From: Anaerolineales bacterium | GTDB lineage: Bacteria; Chloroflexota; Anaerolineae; Anaerolineales; UBA11579 | Reading direction: 5' to 3' | Assembly: GCA_963662985.1 (NCBI GenBank) | Contig: OY760067.1 | Span: 1,502,100 to 1,566,099, forward strand | DNA: 64,000 bases | In this document: positions 1 through 9,982 of the stretch, in pieces | How positions within the stretch are numbered: the stretch's first letter is position 1 | How the letters are laid out: every line of letters begins with the position of its first letter | Translations under genes and position numbers: made by a program | Notes under the pieces: model-generated | Database searches by the model: none | Told to the model about the DNA's origin: nothing | What the model saw: the letters and a program-made list of their open reading frames with translations, nothing else

Positions 1-870
1 TGCTGCATTCAAACGTGGACCGATTGAAAAGCTAATATTAGATGCCGTCAAATTTTTGGCTTCAATCCCAGTGATCCCAATCAAAGCTTGGATCCCTTGA
101 CGTCGGGGGGTTTGCAAATAGGTCAACCCTTTTTTCACCAAATAGCGGTTTTCGTCAATCAATGGCACCAAATCAGCCACCGTACCCAGCGCAACCAAAT
201 CTAAAAGATCATCCTTCTTCATAGATGTAGGGTTATATTTATTGAGTACCGCACTTGCTAGTTTATACGCCACCCCCACACCAGCTAAGTTTTTATCAGG
301 ATAAAAATCATCCTTTTGCTTTGGATCAATCACAGCCACAGCATCAGGAACTTCTTCACCAACCGTATGATGATCAGTAATGATTAAATCCATGCCTAAG
401 CTTTTCGCATACTTTGCTTCTTCGACAGCACGTACGCCACAATCCACTGTCACGATCAGATTCGTCTTACACTTTTTCAGATCGTCCAGTGCTTCCATAT
501 TCAAGCCATACCCATCATCAAATCGATTTGGAATAAATCCTTTAACATCTGCATTCAAAGCAAGTAATGTAGTTACCAAAACGGTTGTTGCAGTAACACC
601 ATCGGTATCATAATCACCATAGACAACAATACGCTCATGGCGGTCAATCGCTTCTGATAGACGCGCTAATGCTTTATCCATGTCTTTTAACAACATAGGA
701 TCCATATTTTCAGGCGGTGATGCTGTCAGAAAAGATTCTGCTTCATCTGCTTTTGTAATCCCACGATTGAACAATAATTGTTTTGCAATTCGTGGAAACT
801 GTTTTAAGTTTCTATTTGCTTCAGCTGAGATCGGTTGTGCTATTTGCCAATTTTTCTCTAAATGCTCCAT
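1..870 (-). CDS. recJ: Single-stranded-DNA-specific exonuclease RecJ, N-terminal part (gene runs off the left edge)
   Basis: Absent from the ORF track because it has no stop in the window. My minus-strand translation from the ATG at 868-870 reads MEHLEKNWQIAQPISAEANRNLKQFPRIAKQLLFNRGI...RIVVYGDYDTDGVTATTVL...LIITDHHTV...LAGVGVAYKL. These are DHH-family motifs in RecJ order. Confidence 0.85.
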   Translation of the reverse strand, partial: MEHLEKNWQIAQPISAEANRNLKQFPRIAKQLLFNRGITKADEAESFLTASPPENMDPMLLKDMDKALARLSEAIDRHERIVVYGDYDTDGVTATTVLVTTLLALNADVKGFIPNRFDDGYGLNMEALDDLKKCKTNLIVTVDCGVRAVEEAKYAKSLGMDLIITDHHTVGEEVPDAVAVIDPKQKDDFYPDKNLAGVGVAYKLASAVLNKYNPTSMKKDDLLDLVALGTVADLVPLIDENRYLVKKGLTYLQTPRRQGIQALIGITGIEAKNLTASNISFSIGPRLNAA

Positions 871-941
871 TATATATATAATATCCTTATTAATTTCAGG
901 ATAATTTTACTATATAATGGTTTGATTAGGTGAATATTGGA

Positions 942-1451
942 CTAGCAGTGAGAAATCGTTTTTTTTCGTTGATATTCAATATAGAAAAATGAAAATTCAT
1001 TACGCTCGTTTGCTTCATGCACTTCCATATACGATCTTTCCCATTGTTTTTCGTCGTAATCAGGAAAGAAAACATCCCCTTGCACAATAACATCCACTAA
1101 TGACAAATACATATGCGTGGCAATATCCATAGTTTGGTCATAGATTTCTGCCCCACCAATTACAAAAAGGTCACTTTCACCTTTAGAAATTGCATGAGAA
1201 ATACATTTTGACAAAGAATGGAAAATCAGCGCATCATCGGCTTGATAATCCTCTTGTGTCGTTAAAATCATCGTTTCACGCCCCGGCAACGCTCTTCCCA
1301 TGCTTTCATAAGTCTTACGCCCCACCAATAAAGTATGTCCCATAGTTTTTTCTTTGAAGATTGCCAAATCATCTTTGATTTTCCAAGGAATCTCACCCTC
1401 TTTTGCAATCGCATTAGTGCGATCAATCGCAGCAATTAAAATAATATTCAC
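942..1451 (-). CDS. folA: Dihydrofolate reductase
   Basis: 169 aa. [52 protein letters not shown] and [10 protein letters not shown] are typical DHFR motifs. It overlaps thyA by 4 nt, the classic thyA-folA pairing. Confidence 0.9.
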   Translation of the reverse strand: MNIILIAAIDRTNAIAKEGEIPWKIKDDLAIFKEKTMGHTLLVGRKTYESMGRALPGRETMILTTQEDYQADDALIFHSLSKCISHAISKGESDLFVIGGAEIYDQTMDIATHMYLSLVDVIVQGDVFFPDYDEKQWERSYMEVHEANERNEFSFFYIEYQRKKTISHC

Positions 1452-2242
1452 ACTGCCACCTTTCCTTTAATCAACGGATGAGGATCATACCCTTCTAATT
1501 CAAAATCATCATAACAAAAATCAAAAATGTTGTTAATCGCAGGATTCAGCTTCATCGTTGGCAGTTTACGTGGAGTACGAGAAAGTTGCAAATTAGCTTG
1601 ATCCAAATGATTCAAATATAAATGTGCGTCCCCAAGCGTGTGCACAAAATCCCCCACCTCAAGCCCACAAACCTGAGCCACCATCATAGTCAACAAAGCA
1701 TAAGACGCAATATTAAACGGAACCCCCAAAAATATATCAGCCGATCGTTGGTAAAGCTGGCACGAAAGTTTATGATTATTCACATAAAATTGAAAAAAAG
1801 TATGGCAAGGAGGCAATGCCATCTGATCTATTTCAGTCACATTCCATGAACTCACAATTATTCTTCTTGAATCCGGAGTAGATTTAATTTGATGAATCAC
1901 TTCTTCAATCTGATCAACTGTTTTCCCATTTGCCCCTGCCCAAGAGCGCCATTGCACCCCATAAACAGGCCCCAAATCACCATTCTCATCCGCCCATTCA
2001 TTCCAAATCCGCACATTGTTTTCTTGTAAATAACCAATATTTGAATCACCCATCAAAAACCACAATAATTCATGGATCACAGATTTTAAATGTACTTTTT
2101 TCGTAGTCAAAAGAGGAAATCCCTCTGAAAGATCGTATCTGGATTGATAGCCAAAAACAGACAACGTACCCGTTCCTGTTCGATCATCTTTTCGTTCCCC
2201 ATGCTCAAGAACATCACGCATTAAATCCAAATATTGTTGCAT
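1448..2242 (-). CDS. thyA: Thymidylate synthase (ThyA type)
   Basis: 264 aa. [31 protein letters not shown], the active-site region [12 protein letters not shown], and [15 protein letters not shown]. Confidence 0.95.
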   Translation of the reverse strand: MQQYLDLMRDVLEHGERKDDRTGTGTLSVFGYQSRYDLSEGFPLLTTKKVHLKSVIHELLWFLMGDSNIGYLQENNVRIWNEWADENGDLGPVYGVQWRSWAGANGKTVDQIEEVIHQIKSTPDSRRIIVSSWNVTEIDQMALPPCHTFFQFYVNNHKLSCQLYQRSADIFLGVPFNIASYALLTMMVAQVCGLEVGDFVHTLGDAHLYLNHLDQANLQLSRTPRKLPTMKLNPAINNIFDFCYDDFELEGYDPHPLIKGKVAV

Positions 2243-2315
2243 AACAAACTCCTCATTCTGATTGAGTCAAAACTTATTCAATTGTACTATTTATTTTTAT
2301 GGAAATGAAATTAAT

Positions 2316-3242
2316 TTAAGAGAGCATTTCAATCGCAGTGTTGCGATCTTTTTCAATTTGATGCATCAAAGCATCCAGTCCATCAAATTTTTTTTCTTCA
2401 CGAATATAGTCGATAAATTCAACTGTAAGTTGTTTGCCATAGATCTCTTGGGGAGGGAAATTAATAATATGGGCTTCAACGCGCAATTCAGTAGCATCAA
2501 AAGTAGGTCGTATCCCAATATTGAGCACAGATTGATAGCGTATTCCATTATAGATCGCATAAGCCGCATAAACACCAAATTTAGGAATCAGCATACATTC
2601 ATCAACAGCAATATTAGCCGTAGGAAATCCGATAGTCCTTCCTCGTTGATCACCCACAACCACCTCACCGCTAAGTGAATAAGGACGATTTAACAGTTGA
2701 TTTGCTTGAAGTATATCTCCTGCTTTAAGTAATTCGCGAATTCTTGTAGAAGAAACCACTTCATCACTTGATAAAGATTTTTTCAAAGAATGAACTGTAA
2801 ATCCAAAACGTTTTCCAAGCGTGCTTAATTGAGGGATATCTCCCACCCTGTCTTTTCCTAGAGCAAAATCATCACCCACCCAAAGTTCTTTCATACCTAA
2901 GTGTTCACTCAAAAGAGAAATAAATTTTTCAGCGCTATAATTTGCGATTTCTTTTGAAAAAGGAACCACCAAAACATAGTCAACACCAATTTGATTAATG
3001 AAAGATAGTTTTTGTGAAGTTGTGGTCAGATAATAATCCTTATCATCACCAGATAAAACTTTTTTGGGATGTGGGTCAAAGGTAACCACGACAGTTGCAT
3101 AATCATCAGGTGTTTCTTTTGCATTTTTTGAATCTAACAAATGTTGAATTAACCAAACATGCCCTTGATGGACGCCATCAAAAACACCAACAGTAACGAT
3201 TGAATTTTTTAATTTAACTTGATCTATGGAAGTGTAGTTCAT
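2316..3242 (-). CDS. ribF: Bifunctional riboflavin kinase / FMN adenylyltransferase
   Basis: 308 aa. N-terminal nucleotidyltransferase motif VGVFDGVHQGH. C-terminal riboflavin-kinase region GDQRGRTIGFPTANI...EAHIINF. Confidence 0.9.
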   Translation of the reverse strand: MNYTSIDQVKLKNSIVTVGVFDGVHQGHVWLIQHLLDSKNAKETPDDYATVVVTFDPHPKKVLSGDDKDYYLTTTSQKLSFINQIGVDYVLVVPFSKEIANYSAEKFISLLSEHLGMKELWVGDDFALGKDRVGDIPQLSTLGKRFGFTVHSLKKSLSSDEVVSSTRIRELLKAGDILQANQLLNRPYSLSGEVVVGDQRGRTIGFPTANIAVDECMLIPKFGVYAAYAIYNGIRYQSVLNIGIRPTFDATELRVEAHIINFPPQEIYGKQLTVEFIDYIREEKKFDGLDALMHQIEKDRNTAIEMLS

Positions 3243-3254
3243 TGTTTTTAAGGT

Positions 3255-3281
3255 TCACTAGGGGCTTTAAACCCCTAGTGA
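3255..3281. other. Perfect 10-bp stem-loop in the truB-ribF spacer
   Basis: TCACTAGGGG (3255-3264), 7-nt loop, CCCCTAGTGA (3272-3281). On the transcribed (minus) strand no U-tract follows, so it is not a canonical terminator. It may be an RNA processing or stability element. Confidence 0.4.
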
Positions 3282-3295
3282 TTAGGTTTTAATAA

Positions 3296-4210
3296 TTATT
3301 TTGATGCAAAGAAAACCTTACGAGGTTGCCATTCTTTTTCTTCTTCATTGTATTCAAGCAAAGCAACCAGATCACCTTCTTCACTGATAGCTCTTGCCCA
3401 ACCAGAATCGCCTTCTTCACCAGGGAAGCGGTGTCCATGGCGGACTTTTTCAGTCAGGTCTGCATCCAATGTAATTGCACGCCAATCAGATAAAGCTTCT
3501 GATGCAGGAATCAAAAATTCTGACCATGTACCAGTTTCAAAAGATTCGCGAAGTCTACGCAATGAGATTGCATCACGCAAAGTGAATTCACCACTTTGTG
3601 ATCGTCTCAAACCGACCAAGTGAGCACCACAACCGATAGCTTCACCCAAATCATTTGCCAAAGAACGAATATAAGTCCCTGAAGAACAACTCACATCAAT
3701 CACCACTTCAGGAAGCGCCCATTCAAGCACTTCTAAAGAGTGTACGGTAATAATTCTTGGTTCAAGATTTACTTCTTCGCCTGCGCGAGCACGTTCATAT
3801 GCCCGTTTACCATCAACTTTCACCGCACTAAATGCAGGAGGGGTTTGTTCAATCTCACCAATATAGGTACCTAAAAGATCATTAAATTCTTCTTCGGTAA
3901 TATTGATAGGTTCGCCAGTTTCAGTGATAATCCCATCCGCATCATAAGTATCTGAAATTGCACCCAATCGAATGGTTGCTTGATATCGTTTATTTGAAGA
4001 GGACACATACTCACTGAGTCTTACAGCAGGTCCAACAAGAACAACTAAAACTCCGGAAGCACGAGGGTCTAAAGTGCCTGTATGTCCTGCTCGTTTGATA
4101 TTAGTTCCTCGACGAACAATCTGAACGACATCGTGAGAGGTTAGCCCCACAGGTTTATCGATAACGAGGACTCCTGATACGACATTATTTCTCAAATCAT
4201 TATTGTTCAT
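3296..4210 (-). CDS. truB: tRNA pseudouridine-55 synthase
   Basis: 304 aa. GVLVIDKPVGLTSHDVV and the catalytic motif AGHTGTLDPRASGVLVV. Sits in the canonical position downstream of rbfA. Confidence 0.93.
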   Translation of the reverse strand: MNNNDLRNNVVSGVLVIDKPVGLTSHDVVQIVRRGTNIKRAGHTGTLDPRASGVLVVLVGPAVRLSEYVSSSNKRYQATIRLGAISDTYDADGIITETGEPINITEEEFNDLLGTYIGEIEQTPPAFSAVKVDGKRAYERARAGEEVNLEPRIITVHSLEVLEWALPEVVIDVSCSSGTYIRSLANDLGEAIGCGAHLVGLRRSQSGEFTLRDAISLRRLRESFETGTWSEFLIPASEALSDWRAITLDADLTEKVRHGHRFPGEEGDSGWARAISEEGDLVALLEYNEEEKEWQPRKVFFASK

Positions 4211-4240
4211 TTATAGTATCTCCTAAATTTGCAAAAAAAC

Positions 4241-5248
4241 TTAATCTATGTTTTCTTGGCTTTCTTTCATAGTTTCGATTGTTTTAGCTAAAACGCGGTC
4301 AACTGTTTCCTCAAAGTCACCAGCAATCGTAGCTCCAGCTGCAGGAACATGCCCACCACCACCAAAACTTAACGCCACTTGTGACACGTCGAACCCTTTT
4401 TTAGCTCGCCAACTCACTTTCACTTCATCATTAGGTTGTTCGATAAAACATATAGCGATGTTCGATTCTTTGATGGAGGATAAAAGATTGATAAGGTCAG
4501 CATCATCATTACCGGTATAATTTGCTTGTTTTTTATCAGCAATACGAATCGTTGCCCATAAAATACCGTGTTTATAATTGATTTTGTTGAGTGCTAAGCC
4601 CCAAAGTTTTACAGCATTCAAATTGATTTCATTTAATAACTTAAATGAAATGGTTGATATATCGGCACCTAAATCTACTAATTCAGCCGCAATTCTTAAT
4701 GCTTCTGAATTCATATTTTGGGTTCGTAGCCCCAAAGTATCCGTAATAATCCCAGAGAGAATAGTTTCAGCAATTGGTTTTGTAATGTCTATCCCCAAAT
4801 AGCACAACAATTGGTATGTTAATATTGACGCAGCAACTGCTTTGGAATTTACAATATTAATCTCACCAAAATTAGTATTCGTTGGATGATGATCAATATT
4901 TATATCAACCAATGCCCGTTGTTCGTCTGATCTAGCATTAAATAATTCTTCTGAAAACACAGAACCAATTCGTTCCATGTCAGAGGCATCTGTTGAAATA
5001 ATTAAATCAACCGGCATTTCAATGCTATGCTGAATTTGATCCAACTTGGGGATATCAGCAAAAGCATTTCCCGGCTTATCTTGCAAAACGAATTGCACTT
5101 TCTTGCCTAATAACTCAAGGCCTAATCCTAAACTAAATAACGACCCAATTGCGTCTCCATCCGGGCGAACATGAGACACAACTGCTATTGTTTCAGCTTT
5201 ATCAATTAATGATTTTGCTGCTAAAAATTTTTCTTCAAACACAAACAT
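4241..5248 (-). CDS. nrnA: DHH/DHHA1 phosphoesterase (NrnA-like nanoRNase / pAp phosphatase)
   Basis: 335 aa. SHVRPDGDAIGS, DHH (NIDHHPTN) and a C-terminal GGGGH motif. Confidence 0.8.
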   Translation of the reverse strand: MFVFEEKFLAAKSLIDKAETIAVVSHVRPDGDAIGSLFSLGLGLELLGKKVQFVLQDKPGNAFADIPKLDQIQHSIEMPVDLIISTDASDMERIGSVFSEELFNARSDEQRALVDINIDHHPTNTNFGEINIVNSKAVAASILTYQLLCYLGIDITKPIAETILSGIITDTLGLRTQNMNSEALRIAAELVDLGADISTISFKLLNEINLNAVKLWGLALNKINYKHGILWATIRIADKKQANYTGNDDADLINLLSSIKESNIAICFIEQPNDEVKVSWRAKKGFDVSQVALSFGGGGHVPAAGATIAGDFEETVDRVLAKTIETMKESQENID

Positions 5249-5628
5249 TATTCCTTGTTGTTTTCGTTTTCTTCTCTTTCATTACGAATTTTTGCAAAAA
5301 GTTGATCCATCTTATCTGCTTGTTCAGGAGCAGGGTCCCAATAGAATCTTATTTGTGGGAAGCTTCGTAATTGAATTTTTTGTGCTAACTGACGACGGAT
5401 ATAGCCTTTAGCGGCATTAAATCCATCCAAAATTTCATCTTTATTTTCTGAGCCCAAAAAGCTGGATACAAAAATATTTGCATAAGCCAATTCTCGGTCC
5501 ACTCTCACTTGAGTGATTGAAGTATTAGCCACTCTAGGATCAGAAAGATCAAAAATTAACATATTCGATAATTCTTCTAAAATTTGACGAGAGATTCTTC
5601 TCGTTCGATCTTCAGACACCATAATCAT
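5248..5628 (-). CDS. rbfA: Ribosome-binding factor A
   Basis: 126 aa. RISRQILEELSNMLIFDLSDPRV...ITQVRVDRELAYANIFVS. Immediately downstream of infB. Confidence 0.9.
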   Translation of the reverse strand: MIMVSEDRTRRISRQILEELSNMLIFDLSDPRVANTSITQVRVDRELAYANIFVSSFLGSENKDEILDGFNAAKGYIRRQLAQKIQLRSFPQIRFYWDPAPEQADKMDQLFAKIRNEREENENNKE

Positions 5629-5646
5629 GTCTCCTATTATTTAAAC

Positions 5647-7449
5647 TTAGACTGCTTTCACCATTTCTTTTACAAAGCATTCTAAAACATCGCCTTCTTT
5701 ATAATCGCTGAAACCCTTAATCCCAACGCCACATTCGTAACCTTCACGAACTTCTTTGACATCTTCAATTTCATGTTTTAAAGAAACGATTTCATCTTTA
5801 TAAATTTCTTTTCCATTACGTAAAACACGCATAAAACCATTTCGGCGCAGTTCACCTTTGGTCACACGGCAACCAGCAATATTTCCTAATTTTCGAATAC
5901 GGAAAACTGCACGCACTTCAGCTTGGCCAACCACAACTTCACGTTCTTCAGGTTCAAGCATCCCCTTAAGCGCTTTTTCAACATCTTCAATCAAGCGGTA
6001 GATAATATTATAATTTCGGACTTCAATGCCTTCATGATCTGCCAAAATAGAAGCCGCGTTATCCGTAGTAACATTGAACCCCATCACAATCGCCTTTGAA
6101 GCAACAGCCAAAGAAATATCATTTTCTGTAATGTTCCCAGTGCCAGAGTGTAAGACTTTCACCTTAATTGTGCCTTCTTTGTCATTGGCACTAATATCTT
6201 CCAAAGAAGAAATAATGGGTTCCAAAGATCCTTGCACATCTGCTTTCACAATCAAGCGCAACTCACGCACCTGGCCAGCTTGGAATTGATCAAACATTGA
6301 TTCCAAAGTCAAACTACCAGAGGGTGTGTTTGCAGATTCTTTTTCTTTCTCAAGTTTTTCACCGATAATATTTCGAGCTTCTTTATTGGAATCAACTGTA
6401 TAGAAAATATCACCAGCAGAAGGAACTTCGTTCAAACCTAAAACAGAAATAGGAGTTGAAGGTCCTGCTTCTTCAATTGGGTTTCCTCGATAATCGAACA
6501 TAGCGCGAACACTACCATACCCATTCCCAGCGATAAGGATATCGTTCTTGCGCAAAGTTCCATTTTGCACCAAAATCGTGGCAATAATCCCACGATGGCT
6601 GTCTTTTTCAGCTTCAATCACGGTACCTAACACTTTACCATTAGGATTAGCAAAAATCTCAGTATCATCTGCTACTAAAGTGATTGCTTCCAACAAATCA
6701 TCCAACCCGCTTCCTTGTTTAGCAGAAACAGGGATTACCATCGTATCACCGTCCCAATCATCAGGAATCAAACCAACTTCAGAAAGTTGTTGTTTAACAA
6801 AGTTAGGATTTGCATTTTGTTTATCAATCTTATTCAAAGCCACAATGATCGGCACTTGAGCAGCGCGTGCATGTGCCAAAGCTTCTTTTGTTTGCGGCAT
6901 CACACCATCATCAGCTGCCACCACCAAAATCACAACATCTGCCCCTTGTGCCCCACGAGAACGCATCGCAGTGAATGCAGCATGCCCTGGAGTGTCCAAG
7001 AAAGTGATCAATTTATTATTATGTGTGATTTGATAGGCACTAATATGTTGCGTAATCCCACCAACTTCGCCAGCTTGCACACTAGTTTCTCGAATAGCAT
7101 CTAATAATGAAGTTTTACCATGATCGACGTGTCCCAAAATTGTAACCACAGGAGGACGTCTCTGAAGATCAGCATCATCCTCATTTGCAATCATACGTCG
7201 CCAAAGCGGAATTTCATTTTCATCTGCTTGTAATTGTTCGATTTTTTCAAGTTCAACGTTATAGCCCAATTCAACAGCCACAATTTCAGCGGTTTCATAA
7301 TCAATTAATTGATTGATGTTGGCCATCACGCCATTTTGCATCAAGGTTTTGATAATTTCAATCGGATTCGTGCCTAATTTTTCAGCTAAATCTCTCACTG
7401 ACAAACTAATAGGGAGCTCAATCACTTGGCTTTTCTTATTCTTGCTCAT
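5647..7449 (-). CDS. infB: Translation initiation factor IF-2 (short form, 600 aa)
   Basis: G-domain motifs [20 protein letters not shown] and NKID. The C-terminal IF-2 domains are present. Confidence 0.95.
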   Translation of the reverse strand: MSKNKKSQVIELPISLSVRDLAEKLGTNPIEIIKTLMQNGVMANINQLIDYETAEIVAVELGYNVELEKIEQLQADENEIPLWRRMIANEDDADLQRRPPVVTILGHVDHGKTSLLDAIRETSVQAGEVGGITQHISAYQITHNNKLITFLDTPGHAAFTAMRSRGAQGADVVILVVAADDGVMPQTKEALAHARAAQVPIIVALNKIDKQNANPNFVKQQLSEVGLIPDDWDGDTMVIPVSAKQGSGLDDLLEAITLVADDTEIFANPNGKVLGTVIEAEKDSHRGIIATILVQNGTLRKNDILIAGNGYGSVRAMFDYRGNPIEEAGPSTPISVLGLNEVPSAGDIFYTVDSNKEARNIIGEKLEKEKESANTPSGSLTLESMFDQFQAGQVRELRLIVKADVQGSLEPIISSLEDISANDKEGTIKVKVLHSGTGNITENDISLAVASKAIVMGFNVTTDNAASILADHEGIEVRNYNIIYRLIEDVEKALKGMLEPEEREVVVGQAEVRAVFRIRKLGNIAGCRVTKGELRRNGFMRVLRNGKEIYKDEIVSLKHEIEDVKEVREGYECGVGIKGFSDYKEGDVLECFVKEMVKAV

Positions 7450-7543
7450 CTTGTTTCTCCTTTTTCTTATAGTAATCCTTGAAGAAAAAAGTCAAAACGA
7501 TAAACTTTTATTCATTCGTTTCAAACGGTTTGCTTCAGGCAAG

Positions 7544-7822
7544 TTATTCTAAATGTTCTGAAATAGTATCTTTATAAGTCAGCAGACGACTTTTATCATC
7601 ATCCGTTAACTGGGTTTTTAAGGATCGAGCCAATGAACCACTCAATCCTTTTTCCCAACAACTTATATCATTATGTAAATAGGCACCTCGACCAGACATT
7701 TTACCGGTTGGATCCACAAAAACTCCATCTTGTGTGCGGACAATACGCACTAGTTCGCGTTTTTCAATCACTTCACGACATCCAACACAAGTTCGTTGCG
7801 GTCGGTGTTTTTTCTTTGTCAA
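7544..7822 (-). CDS. ylxR: YlxR/DUF448 family RNA-binding protein
   Basis: 92 aa. RTCVGCREVIEKRELVRIV...GRGAYLH. Sits in the conserved position between nusA and infB. Confidence 0.85.
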   Translation of the reverse strand: MTKKKHRPQRTCVGCREVIEKRELVRIVRTQDGVFVDPTGKMSGRGAYLHNDISCWEKGLSGSLARSLKTQLTDDDKSRLLTYKDTISEHLE

Positions 7823-7848
7823 GGATACCTCCTTATTTTATTTAACTA

Positions 7849-9771
7849 TTAATAATTCCATTCATCGTTCCAATCATCAATGTCCCAATCGCTGTTGCGT
7901 TTGCGGCGACGTTTCACGATAGTCACATCGTTTTCAGGATCATATTCGATTTCACGATATTTCTTCTTAGATTGTTTTTTATCCTTTTTACCATCATCAT
8001 CAAAGATTTTTTCAATATCATCTTCTGATTCGGCGCGTTCAAATTCTTCAATGGAAATGTCAACCATTGGTTTGTCTTCACCTTCAACGCCTTCTTGAGC
8101 CATTGCTTGTTCAATAGAAGCAATCACATCTTCGATGTCTTGTTCTTCAACAATTTCAGCAATCTCTTCGCTTTCATCTTCTACAGCATCAGCAACTGTT
8201 TCTTCGACAGATTCTTCTGCTTCGGCAGTTTCCACAACTTCTTCAGCCTTAGCTTCTTTAATTGCTTCTGGGAATTCAAAATTATCAATGGCAGTTTGAA
8301 TATCTGCCAAAATCTCTTTAGTAATACCACTAATATTACTAATTTTTTTAGGTGCCAAAGTCAATTCTTCCATCAATTCGCCAATAGTAGAATAACCTTC
8401 CCCTGAAATCATATTAGAAACTCGCAATGAAATCCCCAAATCTTCCAAAGGAAGATCAAAAGCGATTGCAGGAATAGTAGCGCGGATTTTATCAATGCGT
8501 TTTCGTTCTGCTTCCAAAGCTTGTTTGCGGCGTGAGCTTGCTTTGCTTTCCACTTCATCCACAAATCGAGCCATATGAGTATATTCTTCTGGAGATACAG
8601 GGCGATTTTCTTCTTTTCGAGCAAGAATGCTTTCAATCACAGGAATTTCATCCGCCAATTCTTTTGCTTGATTTGCATATTCAGGATTATTTGCCAATTT
8701 ATTCAAAGCGCTAGATGTTGCTTCAGGCAAACTCTTAATATCAATTCTCCATGAAGTTAAACGTGCGGCCAAACGCGCATTTTGTCCATTAGCACCAATA
8801 GCCAAACTCAATTGATCTTCTGGCACCACCACAGTAGCGGTTTTAATATCTTCATTTTCATCCAGATAAACACCTGTCACACGAGCAGGGCTAATTGCTT
8901 TAGAAATATAAACCTCAGGGTCAGAACTCCACTCAATCACGTCGATCTTTTCATCATTTAACTCACGCACAATTGCTTGGATGCGCACACCACGCAAACC
9001 AACACATGCACCCACAGGGTCAATCCCTTGTTGCAATGCTGAAACAGCAATCTTAGATCGATAGCCCGGTTCGCGGCTAATCGAGCGAATCTCAACCAAA
9101 CCTTGATAAATTTCTGGCACTTCATCTTCCACCAAGCGGCGTAAGAAATCTCGGTGTGCACGGGAGAGCACAATTTGCGGTCCACGAGGAGTCATCTTCA
9201 CTTCTTGCAAGAGCACACGAACGCGATCATGCATCTTGAAACGTTCACCAGGAATTTGATCCTTGCGATTCATTTCACCTTCAGCTTTGCGGTCCAAACC
9301 CAAAGTAACTTTATTAGGATTGAAAGACTGCACCACACCATTGATCACTTCACCTTCATGTTCTTTAAAATAATCATATTGGGTTTGACGTTCTGCTTCT
9401 CGAATTCTTTGTTGGATCACTTGACGTGCATTTTGAGCAGCCACGCGGCCAAAATCTTCAGGGGTTGATTCCACCATAATGATGTCATAAAGTTCCACAT
9501 CAGGATCATACTTTTTGGCTTCTTCAATCGACACTTCGGTATCAGGGCTAATCACTTCATCAACAACTTCTTTTTCGGCAAAAATTAATGCAGATCCGTC
9601 CACAAAATTTAAACGAGCTTCAATTTTTTGTGCATTGGAGGCATTCATCGTCTTTCGATATGCAGACACCATCGCAGCTTCAATAGCTTCTCGAATCACT
9701 TCTTGTGGAAGTTGTCGATCATTCAAAACTTCATTGAATGCCAACAAAAATTCTTTCTTCATGTTTTCCAC
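7849..9771 (-). CDS. nusA: Transcription termination/antitermination factor NusA with a long C-terminal extension
   Basis: 640 aa. The N-terminal domain, S1 and KH regions are present (GVVQSFNPNKVTLGL..., IDPVGACVGLRGVRIQAIVREL, LAIGANGQNARLAARLT). These are followed by an HhH-like region and a tail of about 140 aa, acidic then basic. Confidence 0.95.
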   Translation of the reverse strand: MENMKKEFLLAFNEVLNDRQLPQEVIREAIEAAMVSAYRKTMNASNAQKIEARLNFVDGSALIFAEKEVVDEVISPDTEVSIEEAKKYDPDVELYDIIMVESTPEDFGRVAAQNARQVIQQRIREAERQTQYDYFKEHEGEVINGVVQSFNPNKVTLGLDRKAEGEMNRKDQIPGERFKMHDRVRVLLQEVKMTPRGPQIVLSRAHRDFLRRLVEDEVPEIYQGLVEIRSISREPGYRSKIAVSALQQGIDPVGACVGLRGVRIQAIVRELNDEKIDVIEWSSDPEVYISKAISPARVTGVYLDENEDIKTATVVVPEDQLSLAIGANGQNARLAARLTSWRIDIKSLPEATSSALNKLANNPEYANQAKELADEIPVIESILARKEENRPVSPEEYTHMARFVDEVESKASSRRKQALEAERKRIDKIRATIPAIAFDLPLEDLGISLRVSNMISGEGYSTIGELMEELTLAPKKISNISGITKEILADIQTAIDNFEFPEAIKEAKAEEVVETAEAEESVEETVADAVEDESEEIAEIVEEQDIEDVIASIEQAMAQEGVEGEDKPMVDISIEEFERAESEDDIEKIFDDDGKKDKKQSKKKYREIEYDPENDVTIVKRRRKRNSDWDIDDWNDEWNY

Positions 9772-9796
9772 TCCATTTTATATAATAATACCTTAC

Positions 9797-9823
9797 ACAA
9801 AGAAAAGTGGGGGGCACCCACTT
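9797..9823 (-). promoter_or_regulatory. Terminator-like hairpin in the nusA leader (candidate attenuator)
   Basis: The minus-strand RNA reads AAGUGGG-UGCCC-CCCACUU followed by UUCUUUGUG. It lies about 30-50 nt upstream of the nusA ATG (9771). Confidence 0.4.
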
Positions 9824-9940
9824 CTCTGAAAGTACATATTCATAGAAATCTATTTGTATTCTAGCATGGTTGTTCAGCAGATGCAAGACATTCTTAACCT
9901 AATCTAACTATAGCAGATTCGCGCCAGAAACTCCATAATT

Positions 9941-9970
9941 AAAATAAAAAGGATTGTGATTTCACAATCC
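9941..9970 (-). terminator. Intrinsic terminator downstream of glyQS
   Basis: GGATTGTGA (9951-9959) pairs with TCACAATCC (9962-9970). On the minus strand a TTTTTATTTT run follows. It begins 13 nt after the glyQS stop. Confidence 0.75.
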
Positions 9971-9982
9971 TTTTTGAAAATT

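Noticed and set aside
380-904. Two plus-strand ORFs (77 and 74 aa) at the left end.
   Set aside because: They are antisense to the clear RecJ reading frame, which the track omits only because it is truncated by the window edge.
2262-2678. A 138-aa plus-strand ORF and a 70-aa minus-strand ORF within ribF.
   Set aside because: One is antisense and the other out of frame relative to a well-supported ribF frame. Neither has motifs.
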